From a bacterium (GTDB taxonomy: Bacteria; UBA8248): a stretch of DNA of 64,000 nt. The translations under genes were made by a program, and so were the position numbers. The notes beneath the pieces are model-generated. The model did no database searches. It was not told the origin of the DNA and saw only the letters and a program-made list of their open reading frames with translations. Below, piece after piece: positions 63,759-64,000 of the stretch. The DNA is taken from the NCBI GenBank assembly GCA_965261085.1, contig OZ253442.1, forward strand, positions 480,001 through 544,000, in the 5' to 3' direction. Numbering within the stretch: the first letter of the stretch is position 1; each line of letters opens with the position of its first letter.

Positions 63759-64000
63759 CTAGCTATAAGAAATTCTCGGGTCGAGCCATGCGTAGAGTAT
63801 GTCCACCACGAGATTCACGAAAACGAACACGAACGCCAGCAGGGCCACCGCCGCCTGAACGATGGGGTAGTCCTGGTTGTTGATGGCGTCCACCACCAGA
63901 AAGCCCACGCCCGGCCACGCGAAGACGGCTTCGGTCACCACCGTGCCGCCGAGCAGAATGCCCAGTTCGAAACCCACCAGGGTGACGACGGGAATCGATG
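63759..64000 (-). CDS. Peptide ABC transporter permease (DppB-like), C-terminal part
   Basis: GGTVVTEAVFAWPGVG, DYPIVQ, NLVVDILYAWLDPRI. Confidence 0.9.
   Translation of the reverse strand, partial: SIPVVTLVGFELGILLGGTVVTEAVFAWPGVGFLVVDAINNQDYPIVQAAVALLAFVFVFVNLVVDILYAWLDPRISYS

Overview
This is a 64 kb bacterial window, mostly high-GC, with several clearly AT-richer blocks judged by eye (about 6.4-11.1, 11.8-24.2, 27.2-29.0 and 36.4-37.1 kb). I see no rRNA, tRNA or CRISPR array. The left end carries class I fba and fbp, an OmpA/MotB lipoprotein, MBL, NUDIX, a REP-associated tyrosine transposase with GTAG REPs, and RraA. Next is an accessory island: a SAM-decarboxylase-like gene, DUF3326, a type IIG/IIL methyltransferase scar, a Septu/PtuAB-like ATPase + HNH pair, and a second decayed SAM-decarboxylase 5' fragment. 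A 12 kb low-GC block follows (GAF/degenerate GGDEF-mreB, aroE, orphan XDH large subunit, degenerate ECF sigma, CoA transferase, APC-USP permease). Then come a UGA-recoded PrdB/GrdB-family selenoprotein with a SECIS-like hairpin and a partial duplicate, a nonsense-inactivated HicA, and a Vsr / short C5-methyltransferase / KpnI-like HNH / AlbA_2 locus. Two paralogous hydrolases bracket toxin-antitoxin modules. The right part holds an NHLP-type RiPP export trio with no visible precursor and a catabolic region (enoyl-CoA hydratases incl. hmfE-like, CoA ligase, creatininase, ABC transporters, Rieske + amidohydrolase-fold pair, CaiB, HMG-CoA-lyase-like). The best candidates for an undescribed system are the SAMDC-DUF3326-ATPase-HNH island and the KpnI-like nuclease paired with a minimal C5 methyltransferase. 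Family calls come from motif recognition and recall, not database searches. The gene style is reminiscent of Nitrospinota/Tectomicrobia-type genomes, which is an unverified impression.
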